Source: Octopus sinensis
Lineage: Eukaryota
Direction: 5' to 3'
Length of the DNA stretch: 64,000 bases
Assembly: GCF_006345805.1 (NCBI RefSeq)
Contig: NC_043004.1
Location: 434,001-498,000 of the forward strand
Part shown: in pieces, positions 36,361-49,790 of the stretch
Numbering within the stretch: position 1 is the first letter of the stretch
Layout: every line of letters begins with the position of its first letter
Program-made: the position numbers and the translations under genes
The notes under the pieces: generated by a model
What the model was told of the DNA's origin: nothing
Seen by the model: the letters and a program-made list of their open reading frames with translations, nothing else
Database searches by the model: none

Positions 36361-38789
36361 CTGTGCTAGTGCCACTTAAAAAGCACCTGTGCTGGTGATA
36401 CACATAAAGCACCTGTGCTGGTGATACACTTAAAGCACCTGTGCTGGTGCCACACATAAAGCACCTGTGCTGGTGCTACATAAAAATTACCTGTGCTAAT
36501 GTCATTTAAAAAGCACCTGTGCTGGTGACACAAAAAAGCACCTGTGCTGGTGACACACATAAAGCACCTGTGCTGGTGACACACATAAAGCAACTGTGCT
36601 GGTGCCACACATAAAGCACCCATACAGGTGCTACGTAAGAATTACCTGTGCTAATGTCATTTAAAAAGCACCTGTGCTGGTGACACACAAAAAACATCTG
36701 TGCTGGTGACACAAAAAGCACCTGTGCTGGTGCCACACATAAGGCACCATACAGGTGCTATGTAAGAATTACCTGTGCTAATGCCATTTAAAAAGCACCT
36801 GTGCTGGTGACACACATAAAGCACTCATACAGGTGTCACATATAAAGCGCCCATGCTGGTGCTATGTAAAAATTACCTGTGCTGGTGTCACACAAAAAGC
36901 ACCTGTGCTAGCAACACACAAAAAGCACCTGTGCTGGTGCCACACATAAAGCACCCATACAGGTGCTACATATAAAGTGCCCATACTAGTGACACACAAA
37001 AAGCACCTGTGCTGGTGACACAAAAAAGCACCTGTGCTGGTGCCACACATAAAGCACTTGTGCTGGTTCTACACAAAAAGCACCTGTGCTGGTGTCACAC
37101 ATAAAGCACCCATACATGTGCTACATAAGAATTACCTGTGCTAATGTCATTTAAAAAGCACCTGTGCTGGTGACACACAAAAAACACCTGTGCTGGTGAC
37201 ACACATAAAGCACCTGTGCTGGTCCCACAGATAAAGCACCCATACAGGTGTCACATATAAAGCGCCCATGCTGGTGCTATGTAAAAATTACCTGTGCTGG
37301 TGTCACACAAAAAGCACCTGTGCTAGTAACACACAAAAAGCACCTGTGCTGGTGATACACATAAAGCACCTGTGCTGGTGACACAAAAAGCACCTGTGCT
37401 GGTGTCACACAAAAAGCACCTGTGCTGGTGTTACGTAAAATTACCTGTGCTAATGTCATTAAAAAAGCACCTGTGCTGGTGACACACAAAAAACACCTGT
37501 GCTGGTGACACAAAAAGCACCTGTGCTGGTGCCACACATAAAGAACCCATACTGGTGCTACGTAAGAATTACCTGTGCTCATGTCATTTAAAAAGCACCT
37601 GTGCTGGTGACACACAAAAAACCCTTGTGCTGGTGACACACATAAAGCACCCATACAGGTGCTACGTAAGAATTACCTGTGCTCATGTCATTTAAAAAGC
37701 ACCTGTGCTGGTGACACACAAAAAACCCTTGTGCTGGTGACACACATAAAGCACCCATACAGGTGCTACGTAAGAATTACCTGTGCTAATGCCATTTAAA
37801 AAGCACCTGTGCTGGTGACACACATAAAGCACTCATACAGGTGTCACATATAAAGCGCCCATGCTGGTGCTATGTAAAAATTACCTGTGCTGGTGTCACA
37901 CAAAAAGCACCTGTGCTAGTAACACACAAAAAGCACCTGTGCTGGTGACACACATAAAGCACCTGTGCTGGTGACACAAAAAGCACTCGTGCTGGTTCTA
38001 CACAAAAAGCACCTGTGCTGGTGTCACACATAAAGCACCCATACATGTGCTACGTAAGAATTACCTGTGCTAATGTCATTTAAAAAGCACCTGTGCTGGT
38101 GACACACAAAAAACACCTGTGCTGGTGACACACATAAAGCACCTGTGCTGGTGCCACAGATAAAGCACCCATACAGGTGTCACATATAAAGTGCCCATGC
38201 TGGTGCTATGTAAAAATTACCTGTGCTGGTGTCACACAAAAAGCACCTGTGCTAGTAACACACAAAAAGCACCTGTGCTGGTGACACACGTAAAGCACCT
38301 GTGCTGGTGACACAAAAAGCACCTGTGCTGGTGTCACACAAAAAGCACCTGTGCTGGTGTTACATAAAAATTACCTGTGCTAATGTCATTAAAAAAGCAC
38401 CTGTGCTGGTGACACACAAAAAACACCTGTGCTGGTGACACAAAAAGCACCTGTGCTGGTGCCACACATAAAGCACCCATACTGGTGCTACGTAAGAATT
38501 ACCTGTGCTCATGTCATTTAAAAAGCACCTGTGCTGGTGACACACAAAAAACCCTTGTGCTGGTGACACACATAAAGCACCTATACAGGTGCTACATAAG
38601 AATTACCTGTGCTCATGTCATTTAAAAAGCACCTGTGCTGGTGACACACAAAAAACCCTTGTGCTGGTGACACACATAAAGCACCCATACAGGTGCTACG
38701 TAAGAATTACCTGTGCTAATGCCATTTAAAAAGCACCTGTTCTGGTGACACACAAAAAGCACCTGTGCTGGTGCCACACATAAAGCACC
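36361..38789. repeat. 2.4-kb minisatellite (~22-26 bp unit aaagcacctgtgctggtgacacac(at)a) with higher-order duplication
   Basis: Tandem units without spacers. Diagnostic variant blocks recur at a 930-bp offset (37541/38471) and a 1008-bp offset (36783/37791). Confidence 0.9.
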
Positions 38790-39181
38790 AACTGAGACAT
38801 TCGATAAACATCTCTAGGTGAGAAGATTCTTTCCTTCATTCTTTTACTTCTGTCAGTAAACAAACCAACACTGGCTGTCAAATGACAGGGACCCACGCAT
38901 ACACCCACCCTGGACAGGTTGAAGGAAACCAGGTTTTATTTGCAAGGAATTGGTCAGCTGGGTCTTTAGAAGAAAACACTTGTCCAAAGTGTCACGCAGT
39001 AGGACTGAACCTGAATCCTGTTGATCTCAAAGTGAACTTCTTAACCACACAGCTATAATTGTTGTTTCTTTCATGTTCATGTTAATACTGTTGTATCACC
39101 AATTGTTATGATGATACTTGTTTACACTATAAACGTGTAATAACAATAAAACATACAACAAAGCAGGGTAACAACAACAAC

Positions 39182-39347
39182 ATTATTTACATTATTTACA
39201 TTTGACGGATATTTGTCCTCATTTTGTTTGTTGTTAACACAACATTTCGGCTGATATACCCTCCAGCCTTCATCATGGGCATATGGTATAGTGATTAAGA
39301 GCACGGGCTACTAACCCCAAGATTCCGAGTTTGATTCCAGGCAGTGA

Positions 39348-39385
<38 letters not shown>

Positions 39386-39576
39386 TAATAGTAATAATAA
39401 TAACATCGAAAAAATATCTTAGGAATGAGAACCCAGCTTCGAAATTTCCCCAAGACACCTGATGCAGGCTGGAGGGTATATCAGCCGAAACGTTGTGTTA
39501 ACAACAAACAAGATGAAGACAAATATCCGTCAAATGTAAAAAATGTACATAATTCCTTATCTTTCAAGTATAGAAC
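39182..39576 (+). mobile_element. tRNA-head/Penelope-tail HHR element, copy B
   Basis: Inverted arm 39182-39275, A-box-like 39284-39294, B-box-like 39329-39338, (AAT)n, tail with HHR at 39454-39499 (core CTGATGC, A9 mutated). Confidence 0.8.
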
Positions 39577-42500
39577 TGGAAACAACATAACAATCCAACA
39601 AACTTTCCACAGACTATGCACAAACCAACAAATGATATTCTGGCAAAACTATCAAAAGGACACCTTACGACTTCTTGCAATTAACGCCTTCTCTCTGCCC
39701 GTTTCTCACTCAGACTTACTATTTATAGTCGTTTGGTCAGTCTATTCTCACAGGAGATGTCGTGACTCTCACCACAGCAATTATCAAATATAGACTCAGG
39801 CTTAGATCTTCTATGATATGTAGGATTTATAAGGCTGGAACATAAACCAGTTTCTGTGGCATATAACTGAGATTACAACATCATCATCATCGTTTAACGT
39901 CCGTTTTCCATGCTAGCATGGGTCGGACGGTTCAACTGGGGGTCCAGGCTCAAGTCTGATCTGGCAATGTTTCTACAGCCGGATGCCCTTCCTAACGCCA
40001 ACCACTCCATGAGTGTAGTGGGTGCTTTTTACGTGCCACCGGCATAGGGACCAGGCGATGCTGGCAACGGCCACGATCAGTTGGTGCTTTTTACATGCCA
40101 CCGGCACGGAAGCCAGTCAAGGCAGCGCTGAGATGCCAGACTATTGCAGTGTTAACTTCCAAGCAACTGGTCTGGAGCTATGTAGAATGAAGGGTTCTGC
40201 ATAAGAATACAATGCACTGCCCAGCCTGGGAACTGAAACCATAACCTTACAACAGTAAGTGAAACACCCTATCGACTAGACCATACACCTTCGCTAGATG
40301 ATAGTGCAACACTATCAGTAGCACCCAGTCAGGGATGAGATGCCAGTCCATCACACAGTTAACTTCCCAGCTATTTCTGAAATTCATTTATGACTGAGTG
40401 GATTATCTTCTATATTTTACTTGTTTCGATCACTAGAATGTGGCCATGCTGAGGCACCAACTTCAGGAACTTTTAGTCGAATGAATCAACTCCAGTCCTT
40501 TTCTTTTTATCTTTAAGCCTGAGGCTTTCTATTGGTTTCTTTTGCCAAACTGCTAATGTTACAGGGATGTAAACACACCAACACTGGTTGTCGAACAGTG
40601 GTGGAGAACAAGCACAAACGCATGTGCACACATATACATACATACATACATACATACATACACACACATACATATACACACACACACACATACATGCATA
40701 ATACATACATACATACCATAGGCTTCTTTCAGTTCCCATCTACCAAATCCACTCACAAGGCTTTGGTCAACCTGGGGCTATAGTAGAAGGCACTTGCCCA
40801 AGTTGTCATGCAGTAGGATTGAACCTGGAGCCATGACCTTGGGAAGTAAGTTTCTTTCCGCACAGCCATTCCCGCACCTGGAGCAACCCAAAATAAAGAA
40901 GTGCTTCACTCAAGGACACAACATGCCGCCTTGTCCAAGAATTGAAACCAGAATCTTACAATTGTCAGCACAACACTAACCTCTAGGGCCACATGCTTTC
41001 ACATTGAATATATACGAGTAGCTTTATTTAGTATTGTTGTTGGCTAGTCTTCATACGCAGACTGCTAAGACAAAAACAGGTCACTGACTGACAGACAGAA
41101 GATAGATAGGTAGACAAGCAAACAAATTAATAAACAGACAAACAGTAAGCCTAACAAAAGCTAAGCAAAACAGATGGATATTTTTTTTTAATGCTATTAT
41201 AAGAATGTGTGGGTGTTATATTGACGTGTTTGCATGTTCATGAGAATTTGGAAAGTACACTTACAAAAGCAGTATAGGACAAAGTAGCCACAGCACTTCT
41301 GAATTTACTGCTTGGCATGATGACATTAACTTTCAGGGCATCTTTTTTTTATTTTGTAGTTTAATCTCATGAATGTATTTCCTATGTATTTCTACGGGGT
41401 TTCTACCACAACAGCCTGGCCTTACTCTGATGTAATAATTGTTTTGTTTATGATCTAAAATAAAAAAGCCTGGGAAAAAAAAAACTTGAAGACAAAGGTC
41501 ATGATCATTCTGACTTGATTACAATGATGTCTAATTAATGTCCTTGGGGAATGACTAATTAAAAATTATTCTATATCTCTTACTCTCTTTACTCTTTTTC
41601 TTGTTTCAGTCATTTGACTGCGGCCATGCTGGAGCACCGCCTTTAGTCGAGCAAATCGACCCCAGGGCTTATTCTTTGTAGGCCTAGTACTTATTCTATC
41701 GGTCTCTTTTGCCGAACTGCTAGGTTACAGGGACGTAAACACACCACCATCGGTTGTCAAGAGATGTTGGGGGACAAACACAGACACACAAACATATGCA
41801 CACACGTACATATATATATATATATATATACGACAGGCTTCTTTCAGTTTCCAGCTAGCAAATCCACTCACAAGGCTTTGGTCGGCCTGAGGCTATAGTA
41901 GAAGACAGTTGCTCAAGGTACCACGTAGTGGGACTGAACCCGGAACCATGTGGTTGGTAAGCAAGCTACTTACCATACACCCACTCCTATGTCTATCATC
42001 ATCATCGCTATCATCTTTTAATGTCCATTTTCCAAACTGGTATGGGTTTGATGGATTGGCACTAAGCTCCTCCGCTGCCATTTTTGACAATGGGTTCTAC
42101 AGGTGGATGCTCTTCCGAATACCAACCACTTCACAGAGTGTACCAGGTGACCTTTTACGTGGCACCAGCATCAGTGAGGTTACTATATAACTTGCAAATC
42201 CCTCCACTGAATGGGGAGTAGTATTGAATGAGGTGGCTTTATGTCAGATGAAAGGTTAGGGCATAACAGAGGGACAGGAACAGATGCTTTGCTGTCGAGA
42301 GAGATACATGGTTACCCCGGGTGGTGGTGGTGGGAAAATGTGAAAGGGCAGATAAGAGAAATGATGTGAGTGGGTAAGTAAGTTTGTGATTTGGGACTCT
42401 GACCGGGATCCAGAGCAGTGCCTATGGCCAGCTCACAGCCTAGTCAGGGGCAAAGAAGAATAGGCTTAATGCCGAAATATGTAAATTTTATATTAATATT

Positions 42501-45237
42501 GTTGTCATTTTTGTAAGAGGTTCATTGCCTTATGTAATGATTTATTAAAGAACAATGTTATAGAGAAGCAGAGGGTCGGCAGGCGCTTTCTGTCTTCTCT
42601 CATCCTTATCATCCTTGCATCATTATCATTCATTTCATTAATGTATTGTCCAGCCCACAAGCTACCTAATCTATGAACTGTCTTAATGACAAATTTAATG
42701 AAATAAAGTAAGTTTGTGAGAGTGTGAAAGGAAAGTGGCAGATGAGGAAAATGCAGTGCTTTCGTAATATGGCTTTATAATGTGCCACCAGTCCATCACC
42801 CTTAATACAATGAAAGAAATCGTTTGCATTAGAAGTAAAAACCAAAAGATTTATCTCCTTGGTGTAAGAAGTGCAAAGGAGAGATGATGATCAGAGTTGT
42901 AGGGAACCCTAATAGGACTGAGGGGAGTTCTTCCTTTTGTTTTTCTTTCCTCATCGTCATCATCATCCATGGAAAACGTTTGTTTTCCATGCTGGTATAG
43001 TTTGGACGGTTTGACCAGAGCTGGAAAGCTGCCCCAGTCTGTTTTGGCTTGGTTTCCATGGCTGGATGCTTTTCCTAACACCAACTGTTTTACAGTGTGT
43101 GCTTTTAATGTGCCACCGGCACAAGCACTCGTACAAGTGCTTATTATGTGACACCAGAATGAGTGCTTTCTATGTGGCACCAGCACAAGTACTTTTTATG
43201 CGACACTGGCACATATAAAAGAGAAAATCCGAGATATGTGGGTTTGCTATTCCAAAAGTCAGTCAAGGCATTTTATTGTGAAAATTGAAAATTACCCAGC
43301 AACAACAGCTAAGTGTGTGAGTGTGCGTATTTATAGCTGAAGTGAGTTCATGGCTCACAGGATGGTCTGCTGTGTTAACCTTGGATCATAGAGTGACTCA
43401 CTGTGCTTGAGGAGACCTATTGAGTCAAGTACATCAACATCAAAATAAAAATCAAATGGAAATTGTAGTTGTGATACCCGTGCCAGTGGCATGCAAAAAG
43501 CACCATCTGAACGTGGTCGATGCCGTTGGTTGCACATAAAACACACCAACCGATCATGGCCGTTTACCAGCTTCCTCTGGGCCCCTGTGCCAGTGGCACA
43601 TAAAAAGCACCCACTACACTCACGGAGTGGTTGGCATTAGGAAGGGTATCCAGCTGTGAAAATGCTGCTAGATCAGACTGGAGCCTGGCGCAGCCTCCTG
43701 GCTTCCCAGACCCCGGTTGAACCATCTAACCCATGCTAGCATGGAAAACAGATGTTAAACGATGATGATAATGATAATGATATTTATAGTAATAACAGAG
43801 ATTCAAAGAATCTAACAGATCTCACTTTAAGCTCACCGATGAATGTATGGCCAACAAGAACGACAGCTATAAATGAATGGAATAAACCTCAATTCTCTCT
43901 CCCCATTTCACTAATTTATTCTACAGTTACATATCTGTGAGAAGATGGATTGGACAGCTTTATTACAAATCACTACAATTGTTTCACTGCATCATTATAT
44001 TATCAGCCATTCATTGCTGAATATTACAGATATCATATGCAATGTTGTATTAATATAATTCAGCACTATTTCAGAGGTTGATAAAATAAGTACCACTTGA
44101 GCAGTGGTGGTGGTGGTGGTGGGGTGACAATGTTGTCAACTTCACCCTCCCCCAAAACTGTTGACCTTCCACCATGATTTGAAACCAATATGATTCAATG
44201 TAGGAACTTTGGAAAGCACACTGTAAGCTTATCACCCAGATTATATATATCTTCTGCATAAATTGAAAGAAATTTACATGCCTAAACATGTTGTGAACCA
44301 CTTTGCCTGTCCCTCTTTTTTTATATATAATCCGGTTTCATTTATCCCCAACATATTGTATATGTTTTATCATATGAATGACTAGACTCTAGAGGGAATA
44401 ATAGTGAATTATTATTATTACCTCAGCCTTAGCAAAGGCAGAGGTATTGTTTTCAGTTGTGTTTGTTTGTCCATGGACAAGATATCTCAAGAATCGCTTG
44501 ATGGATTTGGATGAAACTTTCATGGATGTCTGGCCTTGTGACTGGCATGAACTGATTAGATTTTGCAACTGATCTGGTACCAGACAGGATTTTGAATTAT
44601 TTTTTCTGTTTTTATTTTTTACTTAATTTTTGAGAGTGGTTGAGTTCACTTTTAGTATTCTCACTTGTGAGAGCAGTCGAGTTTATTTCAGATATTCTCA
44701 TTTTAAAGATCATCTTTGGCTAATTGTTGAGAAGATGTTGGTGTTGCCTTGGTGGAGGTTTGCACTCTCAGAGTTCTCTTGTTATAATTATTAAGGTAGC
44801 AACTTTCAAAATTGTTAGCACGGCAGGCAGAAATGCTTAGCAGCATTTCATCCATCTTTTTTACATTCTGAGTTCAAAGTCCACCAAGGTCGACTTTGCC
44901 TTTCATCCTTTTGGGGTTGATAAATTAAGTACCAGTTGAATACTGGGGTTGATGTGATTGACTTACCCTCTTCCCTGAAACTGCTGGCCTTGTGGCAAAA
45001 TTTAAAATCATTGTTGTTGTTGTCATGCAGCGAGCTGGCAGAGTCGTTAGCATGCATTTTGCCCATCTTTATGTTCTGAGTTCAAATTCCACCAAGGTCA
45101 TCTTTGCCTTTCATCCTTTCAGGGTTGATAAATTATGTACCAGTTGAATAGTGGGGTCGATGTAATTGACTTATCTCCTCTCCTGAAATTTCAGGCCCTT
45201 ATTCCTAAAATAGAAAGGATTATCATTATCATCATGA

Positions 45238-45614
45238 TTATTTACATTACTTACATTATTTACATTTGACGGATATTTGTCCTCATCTTGTTGGTTGTTA
45301 ACACAACAATTCAGCTGATATACCCTCCAGCCTGCATCAGGTGTCTTGGGGAAAGTTCAAACCTGGGTTCTCATTCCTAAGGTATTTTTCGATGTTACTA
45401 TTATTATTATTATTATTATTCAGTCACTGCCTGGAATCAAACTTGGAATCTTGGGGTTAGTAGTCCATACTCTTAACCACTACGCCATATGCCCGTGATG
45501 AAGGAAGGAGGGTATATCAGCCGAAACGTTCTGTTAATAACAAACAAGATGAGGACATATATACGTCAAATGTACATAATTTACATAATTCCTTATCTCT
45601 TAAATATAGAACTG
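45238..45614 (-). mobile_element. tRNA-head/Penelope-tail HHR element, copy C
   Basis: Same module order on the minus strand; A-box TGGCGTAGTGG (45477-45487), B-box GTTTGATTCC (45433-45442); HHR decayed. Confidence 0.8.
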
Positions 45615-46623
45615 CATGATTATTATTATTATTATTATTATTATTTTAATATATATGAATACAGTTTAAGGAAATAAAAGATGAATTAAAAAGATAAAAA
45701 CTTAAAGCACATCATATCTATCAAATGTATTAAAGTAGGTAAATAAGCAACACCTTCAAAATTCATTTCAATTATGTTTAAAAACATTGTGCTCATTAAA
45801 TGGCAGGATAACAATAGAATTTTTTGAAACTCCATGCAGAAAACTTATACCATGGAATTTCCGTGGATTCTGCTGGTCCTGTAGTATTTTTATAACTAAA
45901 TATTATCAAGAATTGTACAAAAGATTGCTAAAATATTTTGTGCATTGCAGAACCATAACCAATTTATCACGAGTGGTTGGCATTAGGAAGGGCGTCTGGC
46001 TGTAGAAACTCTGCCAGATCAAGATTGAAGCCTGGTGCAGCCATCTGGTTCGTCAGCCCTCAGTCAAAATCGTCCAACTCATGCTAGCATGGAAAGCGGA
46101 TGTTAAACGATGAATATGATGATGATGATGATGAAACTTTAACAACAAAATCTTATATGGACCCCCCATGCGGAATGTAGACCCAGGTTGTGAACTGGTC
46201 TAAATTGAACTAGGGCTGCCATAGACTTAACCATTCATATCCCATTGCCAAGTTTTTTTCACTGAATGTTTTTCAGTGAGCTCTTTGACACCTCACTATA
46301 AATGTTGTTGTTGGCAGTGATGGTGGTGGTGGTCATTAACACCAGATCAACCCTGGTTGAAAAGGCCATACCTACAGGTACTCCATCCATAGCCTTGCTG
46401 TTGTTTTGTACAAGTAGAACCGCATTTATCTTTTTATATTTTACTTGTTCCAGGTGTTGGATTGTGGCCATGTTGGAGCACCACCTTGAAACAAATCGAT
46501 CCCAAGACTGAGGGGCTTTTTAAAGTCTGGCACTTATTCTGTCAGTCTCTTTTACTGAGCCACTAAGTTACAAAGATATAAACAAGCCTACACCAGTTGT
46601 AAAGCAGTGGAGTGGGGGAGACA

Positions 46624-46662
<39 letters not shown>

Positions 46663-47312
46663 TATATAAATATACTAATATTTAGCAGAAGTCACACTGA
46701 GTCACTCTGTTGCTTCTGCTAAATATAATAATAATAATTGAGGCCACTGAAATTGAAATCAAATTCGATGACTAGCATCCATGCAAGTGGAGCGCGAAGA
46801 GCACCATCCGAGCATGACTGTTGCCAGAGCAGCTAACTGGCTTCTATGCCAGTGGCATGTAACAAGCACCATTCAAGCGTGATATTACCAGCGTCGCCTT
46901 ACTGGCACATGAAAAAACATTCGAGTGAGGTCGTTGCCAGTGCTGCTGGACTGGCTCCTGTGCAGGTGGCATGTAAAAAGCACCATTTGAGTGTGGTTGT
47001 TGCCAGTACTGCCTGACTGGCCCTTGTGCCAGTGGCATGTAAAAGCACCCACTACACTCTCAGAGTGGTTGGTGTAAGGAAGGGCATCCAGCTGTAGAAA
47101 CTGCCAGATCAGATTGGAGCCTGTGCAGGCATCTGGTTCGCCAGTCCTCAGTCAAATCGTCCAACCCATGCTAGCATGGAAAGCAGATGTTAAATGATGA
47201 TGATGATGAATAATATACATATATATATATATATATATTGCTTGTAAGAAACAATAAATCCGAAAGGAGAAGCACACTCTAAATGTAGAGCAGTAGATAT
47301 TAAAAAGACAGC

Positions 47313-47492
47313 TTTATGGGATTACCTTAGGTTTCCCATTCACAAAGGGTTTAGCTTTATGGCATACCATCATATCCCCAAAACCTGTTGGCCCATTTTT
47401 AAGAAGTCATGGGCCAACAGGATTTTGGGATCTGACGATACACCATAAAGCTAAACCCTTTATGGACGGGAAACCTAAGGTAATCCCATAAA
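47313..47492. mobile_element. Foldback (hairpin) MITE, ~84-bp arms, 12-nt loop
   Basis: tttatgggattaccttaggtttccc...ggcccat / atgggcc...gggaaacctaaggtaatcccataaa. Confidence 0.8.
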
Positions 47493-49628
47493 ATGGCCTT
47501 CCCCATTTTTAATCATCATCATTGTCGTTGTTGTCGTCGTCGTTTAATGTCTGCTTTTCATGTTGGCATGGGTTGGACAGTTTGACTGAGGGCTGGCAAG
47601 CCAGAAGGCTGTACCAGGCTCCAATCTGATCTAGCAATGTTTCTACAGCTGGATGCCCTTCCTAATTCCAACCACTCCAAGAGTTTAGTGGATGCTTTTT
47701 ACGTCCCACCAGTACGAGGGCCAGTCAGGCGGCACTGGCATGGAACACACTTGAATGGGGATTTTTACATGCCACTGGCATGAGAGCCAGTCAGATGGTA
47801 CTGGCATCAACCACACTCAAATGTCGCTTTTTATGTGCCACCAGCACGGGACCAGTCAGCCAGTACTGGCATCGACCATGCTCAAATGGTGCATTTTATG
47901 TGCCACATGTACGGGAGCCAGTCATGCAGCACAGGCAACAATCATGCTCAGATGGTGCTTTTTACATGCCACCTGCACGGGACCAGTCAGGTGGCACTGG
48001 TATCAACCACACACAAATGGTGCTTTTTACATGCCACTGGCATGGGTGCCAATCTGCCAGTACTGGCATAGGCCACAGTTACAGTCTGACTTGGCTTGCC
48101 AAGTCTTCTCAAGCACAGCATATCTCCAAAGGTCTCAGTCACTTGTCATCGCTTCCATGAGGCCCAGCATTCAAAGGTCACACTTTACTACCTCATCCCA
48201 ATCTTCCTGGGTCTACCCCTTCCACAGGTTCCTTCTACTGCTAGGGTGTGACACTTTTTCACATGGCTGTCCTCATCCATATGCAACACATACACTCACT
48301 GGTGCTTTGAGTTCTGCTTTTTCCTGTTTACATCACCAAACCCACACACACAAACACACACAATAGACTTCCACATAGTTTCCGTTTTTTCCAAATTAAC
48401 TCCCAAGGCATTAGTTGGTCCTGGGCTATATTAGAAGATGCTTGCCTGAGGTGTTACCCAGTGGAACTGGCCCCAAAACCATGTGATTGCAAAATGAGCT
48501 TCTTTACCACCCGATCATGGCTGTATTTATCCATTGTTTCTTTCCCGTTTTTAAAACAATAGGCTGTCATGAAGTTAACAAATTGACAGAACCAGTGGAG
48601 CATCCGACCAAATACCTTTTACTGGCTCTTCATGCTTAGAATTCAAATCCCTCTCAGGTCACTATGACTTTCGTCCTTCAAGGGTCAATGAAATAAGGTA
48701 CCACTCTGGGACAAAAGATTGGCAAAACTGCTAGAGCATTAGACACTGTTGTAGCATTTGTGTTGGTGTTTTTCATGTATTCTCTGCACCCAAATAGATA
48801 AGGGTGGTCTACTTATCGATATCTAGCAGATAAGGTAGTGTATTCTCCAATGAAAATCCCTTAAGTTCTTAGCACTTATCAAGAGTGTCACCACATGTCA
48901 TTTCACATCCTGGTGATGTAAAAAGTGTGATTGCACAGGATTTCATTACTATCTCAAATAGGGAACAGGATTGTATAGGGAAGCAGATACAATATGTAGA
49001 TATAGAAAAGACAACAGGTATGGTTCTGTTGTTAAGAAATGCATTTTACAGCCATGTGGTCTCAGGTTCAGTCCCAGTGTGACACATAGGGCAAGTGTCA
49101 TCTACCATTGCCCCGGGTCAACAAATGCCTTTTGAGAGAATTTGGTCAACTGAAACTATATTATTTATAGCTTTATATGTACTTCAAGAACTGATTCTAA
49201 TAAATGTATATATATTAGGCGCAAGATTCTAATATATGTATATATACAGGCACAGGAGTTGCTGTGTGGTTAGTACCTTGCTTACCAACCACATGGTTCC
49301 AGGTTCAGTCCCACTGCGTGGCATCTGGGCAAGTGTCTTCTAGTATAGCCTCAGGCCAACCAAAGCCTTGTGAGTGGATTTGGTAGACGGAAACTGAAAG
49401 AATCCCATCGTATATATGTATATATGTGTGTGTATGTTTGTGTATCTGTGTTTGTCCCCACAACATTGCTTGACAACCGATGGTGGTGTGTTTATGTCCC
49501 TGTAACTTAGCGGTTCGGCAAAAGAGACTGATAGAATAAGTACTAGGCTTACAAAGAATAAGTCCCAGGGTCTATTTGCTTGACTAAAGTCGGTATACCA
49601 GCATGGCCACAGTCAAATGACTGAAACA

Positions 49629-49629
<1 letters not shown>

Positions 49630-49682
<53 letters not shown>

Positions 49683-49790
49683 GTATATGTATATATATAT
49701 ATGTATATGTATATATATATATGTATATATATGTATATGTATATATATATGTATATATATATATGTATATATATGTATATATATATATGT
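49630..49790. repeat. (TA)n/(TATATG)n compound microsatellite inside an S1 SINE tail
   Basis: Direct reading. Confidence 0.9.

Noticed and set aside
36361-38789. CRISPR-like periodic array
   Set aside because: Units are contiguous with no unique spacers, there are no cas genes, and the context is eukaryotic.
41250-41480. Candidate exons with GTAAGG/GTAAGT donors on the minus strand
   Set aside because: Several mutually exclusive short models fit, so none can be chosen without transcripts.
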